Positions 56,350-64,000 of a stretch of 64,000 nucleotides of DNA are shown here, piece by piece. Every line of letters starts with the position of its first letter. Position 1 is the first letter of the stretch. Under the pieces are notes generated by a model. That model had not been told where the DNA came from, did not search any database, and worked only from the letters and a program-made list of their open reading frames with translations. A program made the translations under genes and the position numbers. Source of the stretch: Eledone cirrhosa (lineage: Eukaryota); contig OZ024740.1 in assembly GCA_964016885.1 (NCBI GenBank), positions 375,968,001-376,032,000 of the forward strand. Reading direction: 5' to 3'.

Positions 56350-59300
56350 AAGAGGGTGTTAAAGGTTGCTTGAAGCATTGTGAAATATGTAAAATATGTA
56401 GTTTAGAAAGCCACAACAATGCATATGGGAAATCTCGAGGTAGGAAGTGAGTGAGAAATAGGAGAAAAGTGAAAAATGAGAGAAACGAAAACAAGACAAA
56501 GGTAGAAGGGTTACCGTAGTGGAGATTTAATCCCAATATTTCGGGCTCACGCCCATCAACGGGGGGAAAGTTCCAAAAGGGGGGGAACAGGCCAAGCCGG
56601 AGAAAGTTGTATTGTCGTTAAAACACAGGAATGCCGTTATGGGGAAAATTCAAACGATGGAAAGAATGCGCGTGCGCATGATAGGCTGTGGCAAAGGCTA
56701 CTGACCAATTGGGTTAAATCAATAGGGTGCGCTAGCGCGTGAAAGCCGTACAATATGTGTGTGTAAATATATATGTGTGTGTATATGTGTATGTGTGCAT
56801 GTATGTGAGTGTGTGTGTGTGAAAGATAGTGGGCTGTAGAAGCTGGAATTCAAAGGGTGTGAAAGGTGGTAGGTTGTATAAACATGTGTGCGTGTATAAA
56901 TATAGATGTGTGTGTGTGTGTGTGTATGGGTATACATATAAGTGGGTGTGTGTGAAAGATAGTAGGCCGTAGGGGCTGTTACTGGTCACTATGGTTAGAT
57001 TAGCCATGTCAGTTCATTTCTCTCAGCCCGGTTGTTAAGTGGGGGTTTGAGGTTCTTAATAACAAGTGCTTCCTTTATCCTTAAGGATCCGATGCTGCGT
57101 TCCGTCGCTAGGACTGTGACCAAGGGTCTGCCCTGTGGGTTTCCGCATTTAAGGATGTGTTTACGGAAGGAAGATGCGTTGGTGTTGACATGTTCCTTGA
57201 TACGAATATGTAGGGGTCGGATGGTGCTACCTATGTAAAACTTGTTACATTTATCGCATTGAATCTTATATACGACATAGGTGCGTAGGCAATCTGCCCC
57301 CCATATCGGGCAGTTGCTGAGGGAACACGTCCCATCTGACTCGTCGGGTTTGGTGGAGAGGCATCTTCGGAGCGAAGGTCCTGTGTGGGCCAAATGTATG
57401 TCAAGTCCCTCCCTCCGTATGGCCCTGCGGATGGCGTTCGTGGTATAATACTCAGGTGAGGGATTTTAAAGAAGCACTTGTTTTTATCTAAGTTTCTAGT
57501 GGGTGTCTGTCTATTGGGTCTGGGGTCTCTAATTCCGTTAATCAGTCGCTTGGAATATCCATTAGACTTGAGTAGATTACGGAATTGCGTGGTATGGGTG
57601 AGACCACCCATCGGGTCGCTGCATCTATTAGTGATCCGTGTAAGTTCATTTAGGACATAGCCTCTCCTAGCGTTGTTGGGGAGGGCTGAGTTGTAATGCA
57701 CAAATAAGTCCTTGCACGCTGCCTTGCGGTAGAAGGTGGTGTTTATGTCTCCTTCTTCCGAGATGTTGATACGGAAGTCGAGGAGGGCGAGTGACCCGTC
57801 TTCTTCAGGGTGTTCGATGGTGAAATCGACGTGATTGTCAGTGTCGTTAAAGATTTGGTGAATTTCATTCGCCATCTCCCGGGAAGAAGTGAGTATCAGT
57901 ATGTAATCAACGTATCTGGAGTAGAAGGCGACGGCGTTGGGTTGGCAGGTGTTGAGTGCCTTGCGTTCCAGGTGGTCCATGTACGAGATCGCAAGTATGC
58001 CGGACAGACTAGAGCCCATAGGCAGTCCAGAGATCTGTTTGTACGTGTGGCCGAGGAAATTGAAGAATACATTATCCACAACGAAGGAGAGGAGTTGGTG
58101 GATGTCCGTGTGTGTGAGTCCGAAGTAGTGTAAGTTAGATGATCGGACTCGTTCTGTTAACAGGTCGACGGCTGGGAATGCTGGTACGGAGGTATAAAGG
58201 GCGACCACATCAAGACTGAAGGCATATCCGTTGTCCTTTCTGATGTTGGGCGCCAAATGGTGTAGTCGCTCCAAGACCTCGTTTGAGCTGCAGACGTGGG
58301 CTGGTAGTGTGTGTAGAATGGGTTTCAGTAGTGTGGAGAGCAGCCACGATATTTTGTAAAGTGGGCCCTCCACGCTAGAGACAATGGGCCTGATTTTCAA
58401 ATCGGGTCCTTCTTTATGGGTTTTCACCAGGTGGTAGAAGGTGGGTAGTTTGCTGTTTCTAGTCGTTATTTTTTTTTTTACCTTCTTTGGCAGTTATCGT
58501 TGGACACAGATGTTAGTCCATATGGTGTTAATGCCTTCCTCGATTAGAGTCGAGGAGGTCCCTGTGACTTTCGAGTAGAGGCTGTCATCATTAAGATGTT
58601 GGAGAGCTAAGTTGTTGTAGGTCTTTCTCGAGATGACACAGAATTCTTTCCCCTTGTCAGAGGGAAGGTAAACAAGGTTCTTGGATCTTAGGTTGGTGAG
58701 AGTGTTAAATTGTGCATTGGTGAGGTTGCGTTTATTGTGTGTGTGTGTGTGTGTGTGTTGGGAAAGGATGTTAGAGATAGAATGTTTCAACCTGAGTAGT
58801 TTAGTGTCAAGTTCGTGGTTGGTGGGTGGGGGGTGGAGTGGGTTGTCGAGGTGGTACGTGGGGAGTGTGGGGTGGGTTGTGGGGTTGTAATCGATCTCGG
58901 TGTTGTTTTGGATGGCGGTTAGCCATTTTAGTTGATACGCTGTCCGACAGAAGTTGGTTTCAATGTCGAGTTTCAGTCTATCATCGAGACGCTGTGTAAT
59001 GATGAACTTGAGTCCGAGGCGCAGGAGTTCGAGTTCGTCGTTGGTGAGAGTACCGGTTAGGTCGGTAACGAGGTGTGACGCATTGTTGGTAGGTAGATCG
59101 CTGTTGGAGGTGTAGCGGAAGGTGTTGTATCGCTGTTGCGGGGGTGTAGCGGAGGGTGTTGTATCGCATGCTGCCAATAAAAATACACGCACCTGTTGGT
59201 TTTCACTTTAGTTTATTATAAATTTCCGGTTGGCTGGGTGGTTCGTTCGATAACCGGATGGTTGTTTATATATTGTCAAAGATTTTTCGTCATACATTCT

Positions 59301-59446
59301 GTGACCTCCTCAGTGACTAGCTTTTTATTTTGTGTTTTGACAATACATAAACAACGATTCGGTTATCGAAACAACCCAATCAAGAGGAATTGTATAATAA
59401 ACTGAAGTGAACACAAACAGGTGCGTGTGTTTTTATTGGCAGCATG
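56350..59446 (-). mobile_element. Near full-length Penelope-like retroelement with 5' inverted repeat and 3' pLTR/tail
   Basis: ORF pieces 59192-58494, 58427-57231 and 57393-56995. Inverted repeat at 59167-59280 / 59336-59446. Degenerate hammerhead at 56531-56567. Ends at (TA)n. Confidence 0.9.
56995..59192 (-). pseudogene. PLE RT-GIY-YIG polyprotein, frameshifted
   Basis: YLPSDKG, KTHK..IRPIVS, FSLDVVALYTSVP, QISGLPMGSSLS, RYVDY (YVDD mutated), FYRK, NGY, and VVYKIQCDKCNKFYIGSTIRPLHIRIKEH. Confidence 0.92.
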
Positions 59447-59639
59447 ACCCTCCAAAAGTATAACAATATATGTTTCAACACACCTTTTCAGATAGAAAAT
59501 CTTGCAATCAAATTCAAAAATGAAATATATATATATGTGTGTGTGTGTGTGTGTATGTATATATTAAGTTGGAGTAGTAAGCATAGCACAGTGTGTAGAA
59601 TAATAATGATATTATATACACATATAAACCGTATTAAAT

Positions 59640-60340
59640 AGTGAGTTCTCTTTAAGAGTTGTAAAATTAATGGACGGAACTCCGTGTATGCACCAGTTGC
59701 CCTAATTGGGCCGAATTTGATGTCTCTGTCCAGAGTATCATAAATAAGTTTGTTGTTCTGTGTGGTCAGATTTACAATCATTTGTAGGTAGATAGACAAA
59801 TACATATTTCAAGAACTAGCCCAGAAATTACACTAGATTCCTTTAACGCACTGAACCCTGTAATCATCGGTACCACTGCTAATACTAACACTAACGCAAC
59901 AAGACTTGTTACAGAACCATACACCGAAGCATATAGCTCCCTCACAGTTACACACGGCGTCCTCGATGGTGTCAGTAATACAAGCAACCATGATAAAAGC
60001 GGTAATATTATTAGCTACACCAGTATTAATATAGCACAACCAATACAAAACCTTCGAACCCCATTAGATCTAGACAACCAACTGGAAATAAAAACACTAA
60101 TGATAGAACCCACGCCAACCGAGCTCCCTCGGACCACCCTAATTACTCAATGCAACTCCAAGATTAAAACAAACTACACTATTAAAGGAAATAGTCTAAT
60201 TAGGAGTGTGGTATATAAACGAAAGCTAATTACGGAAATCAAAACGCAAAAATACATTGAAGCATCAACCAATTATTTTAAAACGAAAGATATTATTCCA
60301 ACACACACTCTTTCAAGCATAATAAATTAACCAATACAAC
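59640..60340. mobile_element. Decayed PLE EN fragment related to 764-4356, with an inverted piece
   Basis: Plus strand QCNSKIKTNYTIKGNSLIRSVVYK...KYIEAST aligns with KCNCPIRTNCPLSNFCIDKNLVYE...TYIGSTS. Minus strand 59640-59800 KLIYDTLDRDIKF resembles DLIWSLKDKNIIY. Confidence 0.55.
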
Positions 60341-60779
60341 CCCATTAGCCCAGGTATTTAACACATATAACGTCACAAATACTAAATATAATTTGGAATG
60401 GAATATCCGGAAGAAAATAAAACGAAATTGTAAAACTGAGAACGTGCGTGTGCTTGCTTTTCCCCCAGGAGATTTTCAGAATAATAATCGCTAAACAACC
60501 TCTTCTAAATGAATAAAAAACAGGAACTTATATTATCCAGCAACCACAAAATCCTAACACATTTCTCGGTTGATTAGAATTGAAACTTACGTAATTTAGA
60601 TTTCCGTTGATTTCATGGAATGGATAGTAAAGACCTGTGCTAAGGTTTAAGGTTACATCTAAGAAGTTAACGATTTTGTAGTTATTCTCTATTTCTAATT
60701 TAAGGTTGTAGTTTTTGAAAAATTGTATTATGGATTACCTTTTCCTATTAATTTCACTATTGCTCTGGTTTTCAATTAA

Positions 60780-60980
60780 AAGTACCATATCGTCACAATA
60801 TAAACCTCCGGTCATCTCTGGCATTTTCCTAAACTGTAGATTATCTAAGAAGAATCCACCTCGCAACAAACTACTAGCTGAATTTGAAAATCAAGTAATC
60901 TCTATTATACAAAATATTAAATTCAAAAGAAACCAATTTATCGGCCAGAAGTAAAGTCTACCTTGTGATCCTTCAGGAAC
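60780..60980 (+). mobile_element. PLE N-terminal fragment related to ORF 764-1060
   Basis: SKKNPPRNKLLAEFENQVISIIQNIKFKRN compared with SRRNPPFNKNLPHFENELTKIIRRIKFKRN. Confidence 0.7.
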
Positions 60981-61379
60981 GCCTCCTGCTAGTGATTGTA
61001 GCTTCTTATCTACCTTAAGGGCGGCGGCAATTCTTTGGCTTCTGTATTAATGTCGTAGTAGGCCTTTGGGTTAGCTTTCTTATATTTGGAAGTAATAGCG
61101 TTATGGGCCAAGTGGCGGAAAGTGGTGTTGTCGACTTCGTAAATATTATTATTTTTATCGGAAAGAACGAAAGTATTATTAGAAGACATAAATCTCTTAA
61201 TAATCCGTCGTGTGAACTAAGTATTGATGAATGAATAAATATTCTAAAGAGATTACGCAATAGTGATTGCCTAAACACGAGAAATGAATTATTGACACGT
61301 TGTCTACACGTCTGGAAACACCTCTTACATAACTACAAATCTCCGGATTGAATTACAACATTCTAATTTATTATCACCT

Positions 61380-61648
61380 AGAAACTTTCGGACATTCGCA
61401 GTTATCTCCCTTACACCTCTCGCACCCAATTTAGTATTGACTGTGTGAAGTGATCGTTTCTGCGCATGCGCGTTCGTACGGTTGTCCTTCCTGTGCCGTA
61501 TAACCATGTCCATTACGAGTTGAGGATCCGCAAAGGTGAAACAATTGTTCTCGGTATGGTGAACTAACTGTTGTGTAACCAATTCTACCTAACTCGTCCC
61601 ATATACTGAGTGCTCTACCACTACGGATATTAACTTCCAGTGTTCTAC

Positions 61649-61652
<4 letters not shown>
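61380..61652 (+). mobile_element. Family A hammerhead element (solo pLTR-like)
   Basis: Matches 42975-43183 and 11220-11382. Reads ccattacgag TTGAGGA tccgcaaaggt GAAA caattg TT ctcggtatgg. Ends at (TA)n. Confidence 0.8.
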
Positions 61653-61716
<64 letters not shown>

Positions 61717-61730
61717 ATAAATATATTATA

Positions 61731-62920
61731 CAGGGGTTGGACAACATAATGGAAACACCTAGCATCATAGCAACATAATTTTGAAATATCTATAAAACCG
61801 TCAAAAGCTTGTTTATTAATATGTTTTGTTACAATTGCTGTTTATCATCAGAAGAAACTAATTAAAATTCATTAAAATGACAGATCTATCGGACTTTCAA
61901 AGATGTCAAATTGTTAGTGCTCGTGTGGCGGGCGCGAGCGTAACGAAAACAGCCGAAATGTTTGGTGTATGAAGAAGTACTGTCTCGAAAGTAATGACAT
62001 CCTTTGAGAAAGAGGGAAAGAGCTCCTCGTCGAAACAAAACTCCGGAAGAAAATCAAAACTTTCAGATAGGTACCGTCGGACTCTTACGCGAATTGTTAG
62101 AAAGGATCACAACATTACAGCTCCCAAAATTACTGCAGAGTTTAATGACCACCTCGAGAACCCATTTTCTACAAAAACCGTTCACCGGGAGCTGCACAAA
62201 GCCGGATTCCACGGGAGGGTTGCAATCAGAAAACCACTATTTTCAAAAACAAACGTTGCAAAGCGTTTAGAGTGGAGTAAAAACCTACAGAGTTGGTCCC
62301 TAGAGCATTGAAAGAATGGTATTTTCTCGGACGAGTCATCATTTACCTTATTTACGTCCACCGGCCAACTATACGTATGTAGACAGCCAAAAGAAGCATT
62401 TGACCCAGACTGCTTTCTTCCAACTGTTAAACATGGAGGAGGATCTGTGATCATCTGGGGGGCTATATCTTGGAAATCCGCCTTCCCAATGGTTTCCGTT
62501 CAGGGCAGAATTAACAGTCAAGACTATTTAAGCATTTTATCCGATCAAATTCATCCTATGATTGCGGAACTGTTTCGGGGGGAAACGTAATCTTTCAGGA
62601 TGATAATGTACCAATTCACACAGCTAAAGTTGTTACTGAATGGCACGAGGTACATTCTAGTGAAGTTGAACATCTTATCTGGCCACCGCAGTCCCCAGAT
62701 CTCAATATTATTGAACATTTATGGTGCATTTTAGAAAAACAAGTAAGGAGTCGATAACCTCCACCATCATCACTATAAGAACTGGAGACTGTTTTAGCTG
62801 AAGAATGGACAAACATTCCTTTGGAAACAATTCAAAATGTGTACGAGTCCATACCTCGTAGAATTCAAAATAAATTTGTTTGACATTTTAAGGTGTTTCC
62901 ATTATTTTGTCCAAGCCTTG
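61731..62920 (+). mobile_element. Tc1-family DNA transposon, DD36E, transposase pseudogenised
   Basis: Ends are TA|CAGGGGTTGGACAACATAATGGAAACACCT and AGGTGTTTCCATTATTTTGTCCAAGCCTTG|TA. ATG at 61877. Motifs IFSDES, FQDDNVPIH and WPPQSPDLNIIEHLW. Several stops and a frameshift. Confidence 0.92.
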
Positions 62921-63335
62921 TATATTGGTTTTCACCTGTTGTTAGAGCTCAATGTCTCCTTGAACACAGAGATTCAGTGAGATTAGGCGGCACGTCCTCT
63001 AGTTTGTGCGGTTGCTGCTACGCGCGTGGGGTTTACTCTACGAACCTGATCAAATTACCGGGTCATTACATATACATAAATGTGTATGAATTTAACAGTG
63101 CAAATAAAGCGAACGAAGAGATAGGATGGTAATTATTTCATTGCGTTTGATTTTTTCAGAGAGCTGGTTAATCTTGGTATATCAATGCATCGACAAGCGC
63201 TTGCAGCGAATCGACATGGAGGAATTTCACTACACTTCCTCTTTAAAAAACATCCCGATCCCTTCTGACAACACCTATTAACAACACCTATTCCTCACGA
63301 CCGCCTGAAACGGATTTTTAGCGTGTGGGTAGGTG

Positions 63336-63444
<109 letters not shown>

Positions 63445-64000
63445 ATATGTATATATATATGTGTATATATATATATGTATATATATATAGAGAGAGAGAG
63501 AGAGATTACAGTAATCAAAGTTCAGTTTAAGTCATTTATTTGCTTACAATTGTTTCCTCCAAACCGGGGTTTGAATTCTTCGGAGCAACTATTTACTGAT
63601 CTATAATATACTTGACCTCCTTTTCAACCCAAGAGACACATAAAATATATGCGCATATTGATCAACAGTGGGGTGACATTCATCAAATGATATAGCATGG
63701 CAATTTACATATAAAGGTTACAGGATAAAAATAAAATAAAAACAAGAGTGAAAATAAAGATAAACATGAAGCGTTGGCAGTCTATGAAGATAAAGCAAGA
63801 GGAAAGCTTAGAGTAGTCAGTGTATGAAACAATCTCCCGTGTAGCATGCACGCGTGTCTTATTTATACATGATTAGAGTGCGTCAGAATGATATTTGCAG
63901 GGTCAGGCAGTTGAAGCAGGCAATCGATCTTATTATGTAGGCTGAATTATTAAGTCATTTATTCTCATACATCTGTATGATATACAGTCTCGGATGCGGG

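Overview
AT-rich eukaryotic genomic DNA with no host protein-coding gene that I can recognise. The SINE type and the very dense (TA)n/(CA)n/(GA)n/(TACA)n tracts suggest an octopus or other cephalopod; this is an inference. Most entries in the ORF track are microsatellite artefacts. The window is a transposon graveyard. It holds two near-complete but broken Penelope-like retroelements (PLEs: 764-4356 +, interrupted by a non-autonomous Helitron; 56995-59192 -) and at least six further PLE fragments of different types. It also holds a deleted mariner, a near-complete Tc1-family element with DD36E spacing, RTE and CRE LINE fragments, and tRNA-derived SINEs. The most striking feature is non-coding. 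By eye I find about 20 type-I hammerhead-ribozyme-like motifs (stem I-CUGANGA-stem II-GAAA-stem III-UH-stem I'), belonging to roughly ten unrelated sequence families. Most sit in short elements lodged in (TA)n tracts, and many are fold-back palindromes whose two arms share copy-specific variants. One is a 442-bp head-to-tail, retrozyme-like repeat. Coordinates were read by eye and may be off by a few bases.
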